The notes beneath the pieces were generated by a model. That model made no database searches. It was not told the DNA's origin and worked only from the letters and a program-made list of their open reading frames with translations. From NCBI GenBank assembly GCA_016861085.1, contig BOKR01000001.1, positions 387,271 to 451,270 on the forward strand: a stretch of DNA of 64,000 bases, read 5' to 3'. Origin of the DNA: Patescibacteria group bacterium (lineage in GTDB: Bacteria; Patescibacteriota; Microgenomatia; UBA1400; PJMF01). Below are positions 1 through 9,390 of this stretch, piece by piece. The position numbers were made by a program, and so were the translations under genes. Numbering within the stretch: position 1 is the first letter of the stretch; every line of letters begins with the position of its first letter.

Positions 1-3
1 GGT

Positions 4-53
4 TTCGTGGCATTGTGCCAGATACAAGGCTATATACAGCACAATGCCACGAA
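4..53. repeat. 15-bp inverted repeat / hairpin
   Basis: TTCGTGGCATTGTGC ... GCACAATGCCACGAA. Confidence 0.8.
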
Positions 54-85
54 TGATTCGTAACCATAAATTATTACAAGTAAAC

Positions 86-97
86 TGTTAAAGAGCA
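86..97 (-). promoter_or_regulatory. boxA antitermination element
   Basis: Minus strand TGCTCTTTAACA, identical to the E. coli rrn leader boxA, ~60 nt downstream of a consensus promoter and after a hairpin. Confidence 0.6.
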
Positions 98-161
98 AAA
101 TGTTGGGTAACAGTAGACTACTTCGCATTGAAGCAATAACTATTAACCCAAACAGCTCTAT

Positions 162-190
162 ATTGTAATACTTTGATATATTATTGTCAA
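162..190 (-). promoter_or_regulatory. Sigma70-type promoter firing leftward
   Basis: Minus strand TTGACA(190-185)-17 nt-TACAAT(167-162). Confidence 0.75.
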
Positions 191-265
191 TAAGAAAATT
201 ATAGGGTCTAAACGTAGTAAGAGGAGGTTACATATTGAATTACCTCGAGGATTTGGCATAATACA

Positions 266-1027
266 GTGTCTATGTCAAGGAAACGCACAGAAGTACCCCT
301 AGTAGCTATTACAGGAGCAAGCCTTATCCATAAAGGGGACACAGAGGCTCCCCTAAGGGTGGTAAGAGCTGCATATTTTCAACTTATTGAGAAATTAGGT
401 GGTATTGCAGTTTTGGTGAACAATACCAGGGACAAAGAGGTGTTAAATCAGTATGTCAGTATGTTTAACTATTTGTTACTTACCGGTGGTGGTGATATTG
501 ATCCAAAATATTATGGTGACAAAAAGGATGAACAAACTGGTGAAAAAGGTATGACACTTGATCAAGAACGTGATGAGAGCGAACTCGAGCTAGTCAAATT
601 ATTTATGCAGGCTGGTAAGCCAGTTTTTGGTATTTGCAGGGGTGCACAAATTATTAATGTTGCCTTGGGTGGTACTTTGATTCAAGATTTGCCCAACACA
701 GGGATCGAACACTTAACTCCAGACGAAGAAGGTGGCTGGAACAAAAAGGCGCATGAAATTGTATTTACCCCGAGTAGCGAACTAGGAAAATTAGCTATTC
801 AGTTGCCGGACGGTAAGTATATGGGCAACTCAATGCATCATCAAGGAATTGACAAACTTGGCAATGGCCTAGTTATAGCAGCAAAGGCTCCGGACGGGGT
901 TGTAGAAGCCATTGAGGGTGATAATATGGCGGAACAGTTCATTATGGCTGTGCAATGGCATGCTGAACAGATGAAAGATGATGCTTTGACCCAAATGATG
1001 CTGAGAGCATTTTTGCAACTTTCCTAA
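266..1027 (+). CDS. Gamma-glutamyl-gamma-aminobutyrate hydrolase family / peptidase C26 (class I glutamine amidotransferase)
   Basis: LLLTGGGDIDP, RD..E, GICRGAQ nucleophile, NSMHHQG and VQWHAE motifs; start may be ATG at 272. Confidence 0.88.
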   Translation: MSMSRKRTEVPLVAITGASLIHKGDTEAPLRVVRAAYFQLIEKLGGIAVLVNNTRDKEVLNQYVSMFNYLLLTGGGDIDPKYYGDKKDEQTGEKGMTLDQERDESELELVKLFMQAGKPVFGICRGAQIINVALGGTLIQDLPNTGIEHLTPDEEGGWNKKAHEIVFTPSSELGKLAIQLPDGKYMGNSMHHQGIDKLGNGLVIAAKAPDGVVEAIEGDNMAEQFIMAVQWHAEQMKDDALTQMMLRAFLQLS

Positions 1028-1683
1028 TCATGGAACTTGAGTCCAAGCCTTTTTTGCATTTCCATAATATACGGATAATAGACTACCCGAACCGCCCTAT
1101 CCATAATATTTGTCGGGCTTTTCAGCTGAAACAGACAAAAATCCATAATCCCTACTCTATTTCCACCTAGTATGACCAAATTTGGCAAAGCCCAGTAATT
1201 TGGATCAGTTTTGAGTCGTCTTGGCATGCCATGCAAAATTCCACTGCCGAGAAAATCAAGAATATAGCCAGTTTCTTGGTACATTCTTTGACTTGCTTGA
1301 GCTAGTTGCGCTAGAGATTCCATAACTTCATCTGAAGGATTATTTTCACAAGTAAGTTCAATTAGTTGCGGAATACGTTCTTGAACAATTACAGAACGGG
1401 TACCTGCAGTTACTTGCCTAAAGTGAGTAGGAACCAAATGATCTGGAAAATATTTCTTAACCAATTCAAGACTAATTTGATTTCTTTTCTCTAAAAAATC
1501 AGGCTCAAACGCAACTAAACATGAAAGTCTCCATGCTAGTGTTGCGGTTTTAAATACAACTGGTCTTTCTTGGGATTTTCTTTTTGGTTCCCACACATTA
1601 GATTGGAACCCCTTACCAATGAGCTCATTTGCATGTTTTGAACTAACAATTCCCAAATTCTTAAATTCAACTCCCGTTTTCAT
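1024..1683 (-). CDS. Hypothetical protein, possible protein-kinase-like fold
   Basis: IGKGFQSNV Gly-loop-like, VFK, D...N and IMDF in kinase-like order; start set to ATG 1683. Confidence 0.45.
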   Translation of the reverse strand: MKTGVEFKNLGIVSSKHANELIGKGFQSNVWEPKRKSQERPVVFKTATLAWRLSCLVAFEPDFLEKRNQISLELVKKYFPDHLVPTHFRQVTAGTRSVIVQERIPQLIELTCENNPSDEVMESLAQLAQASQRMYQETGYILDFLGSGILHGMPRRLKTDPNYWALPNLVILGGNRVGIMDFCLFQLKSPTNIMDRAVRVVYYPYIMEMQKRLGLKFHD

Positions 1684-1746
1684 AGAAACGTGAATTATAT
1701 TACTATGGGACTTTTTAGTCAAGAAAAAGTAAGGTATAATAGCAGC

Positions 1747-2505
1747 ATGACTCATCAAAAAAATACTTCTTGGCAAAACGTCTCAAATTGGTATGACAAA
1801 TTAGTTGGAAAAGAAGGTCATTATTACCACCAACATGTGGTACTACCAGGGTTACTCAGACTTTTGAAACTAACAAAAGAAAGTTCTTTAGTAGATCTAG
1901 GTTGTGGCCAGGGTATATTGAGTAGATCGATTCCATCAATTAGCAAATATTTGGGTATTGATAAAGCGGCGTCATTGGTTGAATCAGCTAAAAAAATCAC
2001 CAAAAATCCAGACTACGAATTTCTTATAAAAGATGTAACTAGGCCAATAGCTGGTGCCAAATCTGAGTTTTCACATGCTGCAATAGTGTTAGCGCTCCAG
2101 AATATGGAACACCCTGAAGGGGCGATAAAAAATGCTGCTGTATATTTAAAGCAAGGTGGCACTTTGGTTATTGTATTAAATCATCCTGCGTTTCGTATTC
2201 CAAGACAATCTGGTTGGGGTATTGATGAAAAAACAAAGCAGCAGTATCGTTGGATGAACCGCTACTCTTCTCCACTTAAAATCCCGATTAACATGACTCC
2301 AGGACAAAACAATCAACAGGTTACTTGGTCATTTCACAGACCTTTACAAGATTATTTTTCCGCACTACAACAAGCAGGTTTTGTGATTACTGGACTTGAA
2401 GAATGGAGTTCAGACAAAGAGAGTGAAGGAAAAGCTGCGCGAATGGAGAACCGTGCTCGCAAGGAGTTTCCATTGTTTTTAGCGCTTGTAGCCAAAAAAG
2501 TATAA
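1747..2505 (+). CDS. Class I SAM-dependent methyltransferase
   Basis: VDLGCGQG motif I, LKQGG, NHPAFRIPRQSGW; TATAAT 6 nt before ATG 1747. Confidence 0.88.
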   Translation: MTHQKNTSWQNVSNWYDKLVGKEGHYYHQHVVLPGLLRLLKLTKESSLVDLGCGQGILSRSIPSISKYLGIDKAASLVESAKKITKNPDYEFLIKDVTRPIAGAKSEFSHAAIVLALQNMEHPEGAIKNAAVYLKQGGTLVIVLNHPAFRIPRQSGWGIDEKTKQQYRWMNRYSSPLKIPINMTPGQNNQQVTWSFHRPLQDYFSALQQAGFVITGLEEWSSDKESEGKAARMENRARKEFPLFLALVAKKV

Positions 2506-2525
2506 CTTCTGTACTATGAAGTTAG

Positions 2526-4037
2526 ATGCATTTTTCTAGTTCACTTGTTGCTGAAGATAAAGCACCTATTCAAGATCACTGTGGCATTTTAGCGTTGATT
2601 GCTCCAATTGACTCTCCCCTATTTACTACAGGTCTGACAGCTTTTAAAACACTACAAACTCGTGGATATGATGGGGCAGGATTTTGGGCAATTGACAGCA
2701 CAGGCAAGGAGTATGGTTTTAAAGGCACCGGTATGATTGATGCAGTATTCACCCCTGCTCGCGTTCGAAAGTTCTCTAAAATTAAAGCTAGAATTTGGTT
2801 ATTTCAGAATCGATATGGCACCTCAGGGAATTTTGACCCGAGAAATGTGCAACCATTTCGTCGCGAGCATTTTCAAAAGCAAGAGATTTTTTGTCTAGCC
2901 CACAACGGGCAATTCTCAAAAAGAAAAGAAACAGACTATCTGGAGCAGTCTGATACTGCAACATTTGCAGATGAACTGAGCAATCAAGAAGGTAATAACT
3001 GGGATGAAAGGCTCTTGAATTTGCTCCAAAAATATACGGGAGCATACAGTTTAATTATGGCTACGCAGTCAGAGATTTTTTGTGCAAGGGATGCGTTAGG
3101 TATTAGGCCATTTGTATTTGGCAAGCTGACAAAAAATCCTCCATTCACTTGGATTGTTGCGTCAGAAACTGCAGCACTCAAAGCAATTGATGCAGTCAAT
3201 TACAAAGAAATATTGCCAGGTACTTTGCTCAAATTTTCTGCTCCAAAATCTGCAACCCATGACCCTATTTGTGTTCAAACGGTAACAACTCAAAAGCAGC
3301 GAGCATATTGTATTTTTGAAAATGTGTATCTCATGGATGAATCGACCCAAGCCCATGCTCCAACAACAGAAACAAGAGAAATCCGTAACCATCAATCAAT
3401 CAACTTAGTACGGTTTACAACAGGCAGAATTATGGCGCGAGAAGCACCGCTGAGCAGGAAACAAGTAGATTTTGTATGTGGTATACCTGGCACTGGAATA
3501 GTTGGTGGGCAGGGATATGCAAATGCCTTAATGTTGCCATATGTTCAAGCCATCGCAGATAGAACAACACCGAACAAAGAACAACGCACTTTTATGTCTG
3601 CTGATGTTGAAGGTATTTTTCAAAAGATGTACGATCATTTTGAGATTGCTTCAGATATGTTCAAAGGAAGAAACGTAGTACTGATTGATGATTCCTTGGT
3701 TAGAGGCAACGTTACTAAAGGCCTGATTAAGTTACTAAGAAATGAGTGTGGAGTTTCTAAAGTACATATAAGAATTCTTTGTCCACCAGTTGATAAGCCT
3801 TGCTATTTAGGTATCAACACTCGAAATGCTAATGAACTTCTAGCTCATAAATACCATGGAAATATTCGCAGTATGCAAAGATATATTGGTGCTGATTCAC
3901 TGGTTTTTCTTTCAAGTGAAGGTTTGCGCGAGGCTATTACTACAAATCCAAAAGCAAAGGGATTTTGTATGGGATGCATGCAAGGATACAAGCCACCAAT
4001 TACTTTGTATGGCAAACGGCAAAAAACGTTAGTTTAG
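2526..4037 (+). CDS. purF: Amidophosphoribosyltransferase (PurF-like, Fe-S type)
   Basis: Propeptide then CGI Ntn nucleophile, RYGTSG, HNG, RDALGIRP, ASET, PRT motif LIDDSLVRG, Cys ligands CIFE/PCYLGI/CMGC. Confidence 0.8.
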   Translation: MHFSSSLVAEDKAPIQDHCGILALIAPIDSPLFTTGLTAFKTLQTRGYDGAGFWAIDSTGKEYGFKGTGMIDAVFTPARVRKFSKIKARIWLFQNRYGTSGNFDPRNVQPFRREHFQKQEIFCLAHNGQFSKRKETDYLEQSDTATFADELSNQEGNNWDERLLNLLQKYTGAYSLIMATQSEIFCARDALGIRPFVFGKLTKNPPFTWIVASETAALKAIDAVNYKEILPGTLLKFSAPKSATHDPICVQTVTTQKQRAYCIFENVYLMDESTQAHAPTTETREIRNHQSINLVRFTTGRIMAREAPLSRKQVDFVCGIPGTGIVGGQGYANALMLPYVQAIADRTTPNKEQRTFMSADVEGIFQKMYDHFEIASDMFKGRNVVLIDDSLVRGNVTKGLIKLLRNECGVSKVHIRILCPPVDKPCYLGINTRNANELLAHKYHGNIRSMQRYIGADSLVFLSSEGLREAITTNPKAKGFCMGCMQGYKPPITLYGKRQKTLV

Positions 4038-4039
4038 TA

Positions 4040-7000
4040 TCAACATCCGCCAAACCAAGAAGCTACGAGCATATAAAACCCATTTGGTTTATCTAACACT
4101 GATACAGTTTTATTTGCTAAGTCGACGACAGATCGTGGTAGGATCTTCCATGTTTTCTTATCTGTAGAAAATGCGATTTTGAGGTTTTTTTGATTAAATG
4201 ATTTCCCAGGTAGCCCAGTAATTAATAAATCTTGTGTTTGGTATGGAATTGCTAAAATAATTGGTTGTGCGTACAGAACTGAAAGAATCTTGGCATCGTT
4301 AAAAAACGAACTGTAATAAATCTCATATACAGGTGAAACTTGGAAGAAAGGGATTTGGTTTCTGCATATTTGACCAGTAATGTTTTTATTTGAAATGACA
4401 GTTGGTACTCCCTTTAACATTTGGGTAACAGTTAGATATACATCAAAACTAAATGTTTGTGCAGGTACAACGGTTACTACGCCCTCTTCAGAAACGATGT
4501 CCCCTCTTTCAGAAGTAAGATCGGGCCTTGGTTCAGCTCCGACAGATTCAGTTGAGCCCCTGACTTCAAAATTGAAAGTGCTATATGAAGATCGTGCAGT
4601 ATATGAATTATTACTATCAACAGCTCTGACATACATTGTGTGCCATCCATGAGAAAGTGATGGTGTTGTACAACTGATGCCTTCAGTAGTGCTATTAAAG
4701 CTTCCATCGATAGCTGAGCAGCTAGTCCATGTACCATTGGGGTCATTAGAGTCTACTTGAAACTGTGCTCCACTGATGGTTGTTGTGGATTGGGTTGCCA
4801 CAATGTTGCCAGTGATATTTACAATTGAATGGGTAATTGCGCCGCTTGGACCTGTCAATGAAAATGAATGTGGAAAGTTGTAAATAATATACAAAGAGCC
4901 AGAATCTGTCCTACCAACGTCATCTGAAAGAACGGCACCCATAAGCAGATCTTTTGATCCGTCTGAATTTAAATCATGTAAATAGATGCTATGGTATCCA
5001 AGAAAATTACTGGCAGCAGCACCATCATATCTAACGTCATAGGTGTCAGTGGAACTAAGATTAACAGATTGGGTACTATAACTATTGAGTGTTGCGTTAT
5101 AGATAATATATACAGATCCAGAATCTGTAAAACCGTTATTGGCAACGGAGTGAACAAGTATGTCATCTTTTTGGTCATTATTAAAGTCCCCTGTTAGAAG
5201 AGAAACAAATGCTAACCCATCACCAGCTGCTTGCCCGTTAATTCGCGTATTGTAATTGCTTGTTGTAGCCAAAGAAACAGTATTTCCAGTTCCAGGATAA
5301 TCATCAATTAGTGTGTCATAAATAATATAAACAGAACCAGAGCTCCCACCATTGTTATCTGCAAGATCTGCTCCGAGTACAAGATCAAGCTCACCGTTGG
5401 CATTTATGTCCCCAACTGCCAGTGAGCCGTAACCTAAATTATCTCCAGCGGCTTGTCCGTCATATCTAATGTTAAAATTGCTTGTGGTACTAAGCGGCAC
5501 TACATTGCCAACAGTAGTGTAGTCATCTACTAATGTGTTATAGATAATATAGACTGAACCGGAAGCTCCACCAGTATAATCAGAATTCTTTGCACCAACT
5601 ACAAGGTCGTATTTTCCATCCCCATCCATGTCTGCTACTTCAAGACCATTCCCGAATCCGTCACCTAAAGTTTGCCCGTCGTACCTTATGTTAAAGTTGA
5701 CATAGTCACTCCCGTCTTGTTCTCCTAGATTTATGGTATTCCCAGTGCCTGAGTAGTCATCAATTAAAGAATCAAAAATAATGTACAAAGAACCTGTATT
5801 TGCTCCCCCAAAATCAGAGTTAGCGCTGCCAATAATCAGGTCTGGTGTGCCATTATTATTAATATCTTTTATCCTGATCACGTTACTTCCTCCTAATAAC
5901 GAAGCATTTGCTGCTTCACCATCGTATCGGAGGTTAAAGTTTGTGGCAGTAGCCAGACTAATATTTTTTGATCCGTACGAGTTGAGTAAATTATTGTAGA
6001 TGACATAGAGTGAGCCAGAGCTAGATCCGTTGAAATCTGTTAACTGTGAGCCAATGAGTAAGTCGTTTTTTCCATCACCGTTTACATCTTCAATACGATT
6101 TGTCCAGCGACCTATTCTGTCTTCAGCGACTGCTCCATCAAAGCGGAGGCTATAGCTATTAGAATCAGCCATATCAATATCGTTACCTGTTCCGGTATAG
6201 TCATCGAGTAAGGTGTCAAAAATGACATATACTGAACCGGTGTTTGTTCCACCATTATCAGCAGTTCCTGAACCAATCACAATGTCTGGTTTACCGTTAT
6301 TGTTGAGATCTCCGAATTGGCTTAAACCACTGTACGAAAATGTTGCTCCATTTTCTCCGTAATATTTTGAGTTGTAGTATGATGAGGTCGCAAGAGAATA
6401 CGTTGGATCCAATATTGTTGTGGCATTTGCTTCAACTGCAATGTTGGTCAGTCTTAAAGTTAGAATTGCCTGTCCAGCTTCTTTTTTAACTATAACTGTG
6501 TGATCTAATTGAGCTAGATCAGAAAAATCATAAGTAGCTATATTACCCTCCTGGGTTTTAAATGAGATGGTAGTACCTTTGAGTGCTGGAATATTTGTGA
6601 GTGTTGGTAGCTCTTTTTCAGTGAATTCAGATGCACCAAGCGTTTCGTTCAAATCTATATCAACTGTCCCTTCATATGCAGAAAATTCCTGCCCTTCTTC
6701 TGTGATTTGATATTCAGTTCCATCCCAAATGAATGCTTCAGCGTCTATTTGGTGATAGAGATTTAAATCAAGAGTTATTCTATTAGTTGTTGGGTTTCTC
6801 AAAGAGATTAACTGTTTGACTGATTTTCCTAGAGTCGGAGAAGCACTGCCTTTCTGAGTGTACTCAGTGATTATTTCGACTCCGCTATCGAGTACGTATG
6901 TAGATTCTCCTAGAGTGTCAGCCGCTACAATTTCGCTATACATTATTTCTTGTGTATTAGTGATTTCATGAGAATCGCTTTCAAGTTCGAGTGTGATTTT

Positions 7001-7219
7001 TTCAAAACCATCTTCAAGATTTTCGAAAGTATTGGCCAGCGCAGTATCTTCTACAACAACAGTATCACCTTCATTTTCAATGGTTGTAGTTTGTATATTT
7101 TCTTGTGCGACATCTTGTGCATTTGTTACGGATATACTACCTGTTCGTTGTAGTACGAATGCAACCAAAAAGATGGCTAGCGCAGAAAACATAAAAATAG
7201 GTTTTTTGAACGGCAGCAT
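4040..7219 (-). CDS. Large exported FG-GAP / integrin-alpha-like repeat protein
   Basis: N-terminal signal/TM; about seven repeats DxNxxGxxDLxxG...GSxYIIY; C-terminal beta-rich domains. Confidence 0.85.
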   Translation of the reverse strand: MLPFKKPIFMFSALAIFLVAFVLQRTGSISVTNAQDVAQENIQTTTIENEGDTVVVEDTALANTFENLEDGFEKITLELESDSHEITNTQEIMYSEIVAADTLGESTYVLDSGVEIITEYTQKGSASPTLGKSVKQLISLRNPTTNRITLDLNLYHQIDAEAFIWDGTEYQITEEGQEFSAYEGTVDIDLNETLGASEFTEKELPTLTNIPALKGTTISFKTQEGNIATYDFSDLAQLDHTVIVKKEAGQAILTLRLTNIAVEANATTILDPTYSLATSSYYNSKYYGENGATFSYSGLSQFGDLNNNGKPDIVIGSGTADNGGTNTGSVYVIFDTLLDDYTGTGNDIDMADSNSYSLRFDGAVAEDRIGRWTNRIEDVNGDGKNDLLIGSQLTDFNGSSSGSLYVIYNNLLNSYGSKNISLATATNFNLRYDGEAANASLLGGSNVIRIKDINNNGTPDLIIGSANSDFGGANTGSLYIIFDSLIDDYSGTGNTINLGEQDGSDYVNFNIRYDGQTLGDGFGNGLEVADMDGDGKYDLVVGAKNSDYTGGASGSVYIIYNTLVDDYTTVGNVVPLSTTSNFNIRYDGQAAGDNLGYGSLAVGDINANGELDLVLGADLADNNGGSSGSVYIIYDTLIDDYPGTGNTVSLATTSNYNTRINGQAAGDGLAFVSLLTGDFNNDQKDDILVHSVANNGFTDSGSVYIIYNATLNSYSTQSVNLSSTDTYDVRYDGAAASNFLGYHSIYLHDLNSDGSKDLLMGAVLSDDVGRTDSGSLYIIYNFPHSFSLTGPSGAITHSIVNITGNIVATQSTTTISGAQFQVDSNDPNGTWTSCSAIDGSFNSTTEGISCTTPSLSHGWHTMYVRAVDSNNSYTARSSYSTFNFEVRGSTESVGAEPRPDLTSERGDIVSEEGVVTVVPAQTFSFDVYLTVTQMLKGVPTVISNKNITGQICRNQIPFFQVSPVYEIYYSSFFNDAKILSVLYAQPIILAIPYQTQDLLITGLPGKSFNQKNLKIAFSTDKKTWKILPRSVVDLANKTVSVLDKPNGFYMLVASWFGGC

Positions 7220-7333
7220 AAGTAGAAACTAGCACTTACTGTTTACAGTAATAATAGCGTAAAAAAGCCAAAGGCAGTAGTATTGATTGGGTTCTATTTT
7301 TCGGCTGGGTCAGTTTTTTTTATTATAAAGTGA

Positions 7334-8053
7334 TCAATTATGATAATGTCCAAAGGCTTCATGTAATAGTGATTGTTGCATAGTTGAGATATGTGTAGAT
7401 ATGTACGTATTCACGGCTTCAGCAGGACCGTCTCCAAAGTCGTATTCAACTTTCTCGAAAGTCTGGCTCCCAGCATATTTGGAATAGAAAGAGGTCATGT
7501 TTTGAGGCCTGATGTTTTCAGCATCCCCTTTGAATTGGGGAAGGTACTGAGGCTCTTCATCAGTATGAATCGTTAAATCATCTCCAAATTTAACCTTTTT
7601 TGCCCCAATACCTTCTAACAATACTAAAATTTGAGCATTGAATACATCTGCTAATCCGGACCTTCTGTGTTGCTTGCTTATTAAAAATGCTGTCGCTTCT
7701 TCCTGCTCTGAAGCAACTGGAATTTTTTCGAGGTCATGAAATTCAATAGGTAAATCTTCATCTGGAATAGATATGTCGTATTTTTTAAAATCTATAACTG
7801 CTTGTTTCTCAGATATACTACAATCTGCATATCCAACAGGTAATTTTTGATTATCAGCTGTTATTTCCCATAAGCCAAACACCATGTCTTGAACACCCAT
7901 GATTTCTTTACCAAATAAAGCAACTCTAAATTTTTTTCCTTTCCAAGTAAAGTCACTACTTGAACCATCTCTATTTAAAAGAGGTTTTAATTCCTGAAAC
8001 TGCTCAATTATTGGTGCTTCATTGAATATCTCAAGATGTTTTAATTCATTCAT
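7334..8053 (-). CDS. Hypothetical protein, possible GNAT-like
   Basis: ISKQHRRSGLA resembles acetyl-CoA motif A; TATACT 6 nt before ATG 8053. Confidence 0.45.
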   Translation of the reverse strand: MNELKHLEIFNEAPIIEQFQELKPLLNRDGSSSDFTWKGKKFRVALFGKEIMGVQDMVFGLWEITADNQKLPVGYADCSISEKQAVIDFKKYDISIPDEDLPIEFHDLEKIPVASEQEEATAFLISKQHRRSGLADVFNAQILVLLEGIGAKKVKFGDDLTIHTDEEPQYLPQFKGDAENIRPQNMTSFYSKYAGSQTFEKVEYDFGDGPAEAVNTYISTHISTMQQSLLHEAFGHYHN

Positions 8054-8117
8054 AAAAATAGTATATAGCAAGACTCCTTAATGGAAATAGTAATACTATT
8101 CTAGTATACTCACTATC

Positions 8118-8864
8118 GTGTTTGACTTTAGTGCCATACAACTACTACTTATTTCGTTTTTCTTCACTGTATCGCTTCTACTTTTTCATAACAAATTTAA
8201 AGATTTTTGGTGGAGTTCTGTTGTTATTAATTTTTTTTGTTTTTTAGGTGCGTACTTCATTATTAGCTCAACTTGGGAATGGGTTTTATTTTTTGTGGGA
8301 AGTATTTTGAATCTTTGCTTTGATACTGCTGAAGTATACCGAAAAAAGTGGCGGTATAACACAAAAAATGGATATGTATATTGGGCTGGTCCTGGGTGGG
8401 GATTGATAACGGTAATTGTAAAACAAGCATCAGAATCTGTTGGTTTGCCAGCGTTATTAGTACTTGGGAGCGTTGTTGCACTTATTTTATTAACAAGAAA
8501 TAAAAAAGAATTACAGCTAGAAAACTTCAAAAGAAGTCACTGGTTGTTTTTTGCAGTGCTTGCACTTGTTATCTTTCCTAAATTGTTTTTAATTTCATTT
8601 TTTGTAGGAATCATCTTTGAATATATAGCAGTGACTGTCTTAAAATCTTGGTCATATAACTCACCCATTTTTATTCTTGTTGGAATTGGATATGGTACAG
8701 TAATGGTTGTGATAGAGGTACTTATGCAAGTTGCTTCGTTTCGTTTTCACCCACTTAACATAACATTTGCATTTGGCATCATTCTGTTTTTAACGGCACA
8801 GTACATTCATTATTTCATGAAGAATAATACTCGATTGTTGCAAAATCTAGTTGGACAAGATTAG
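8118..8864 (+). CDS. Multi-pass membrane protein of unknown function
   Basis: Many hydrophobic helices; internal duplication (FDTAEV..KWRYN..GPGWG / FEYIAV..SWSYN..GIGYG). Confidence 0.7.
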   Translation: MFDFSAIQLLLISFFFTVSLLLFHNKFKDFWWSSVVINFFCFLGAYFIISSTWEWVLFFVGSILNLCFDTAEVYRKKWRYNTKNGYVYWAGPGWGLITVIVKQASESVGLPALLVLGSVVALILLTRNKKELQLENFKRSHWLFFAVLALVIFPKLFLISFFVGIIFEYIAVTVLKSWSYNSPIFILVGIGYGTVMVVIEVLMQVASFRFHPLNITFAFGIILFLTAQYIHYFMKNNTRLLQNLVGQD

Positions 8865-9343
8865 AGCGAAACTTTTTTCCCACAGTGTGGCCAAGCACCT
8901 ATACCACCGTTGGCAATTTTAAAAGCTGTCGTTTTTATTGCTTCTTCAGCATTGAAACGTAGTTCAGGATTCTCATCTAACCCCATTGAACGTCGTGTGG
9001 ATGCCCATGTTGATGCTGAATATTGAAACAGTCCGCCATATACACCATTCTTTGAAAGTGCAGATGGATTAAACTGGGATTCACAGTTTGCAATTACTTT
9101 AAGCTTAGTGCTACTAATACCATATTGGTTGGCATATGTTTCAAACAAAGTATTAAGATCTTCTGGAGTCTCAGGTGGAGTTAGCACAATTGGTGCGCTT
9201 GTTGGCTCAACTATAGGTTTGATCTCAACACACATAAGAACTTCTGAGCTATTTGTTTGAGAGTAGTTCATATGTTTTGGAACGGTACCCATGCTGAATG
9301 GCAAAATGGATAACAAAAGTTTTGGAACAAAGTTTTTTTTCAT
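8861..9343 (-). CDS. Exported lytic transglycosylase (SLT/Rpf-like)
   Basis: IANCESQFNP, GGLFQY..STW, AWPHC; start set to ATG 9343. Confidence 0.8.
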   Translation of the reverse strand: MKKNFVPKLLLSILPFSMGTVPKHMNYSQTNSSEVLMCVEIKPIVEPTSAPIVLTPPETPEDLNTLFETYANQYGISSTKLKVIANCESQFNPSALSKNGVYGGLFQYSASTWASTRRSMGLDENPELRFNAEEAIKTTAFKIANGGIGAWPHCGKKVSL

Positions 9344-9390
9344 AATAGTTATGAATATGGGTAGGGAAATTAGTGTTATTATACAACACG

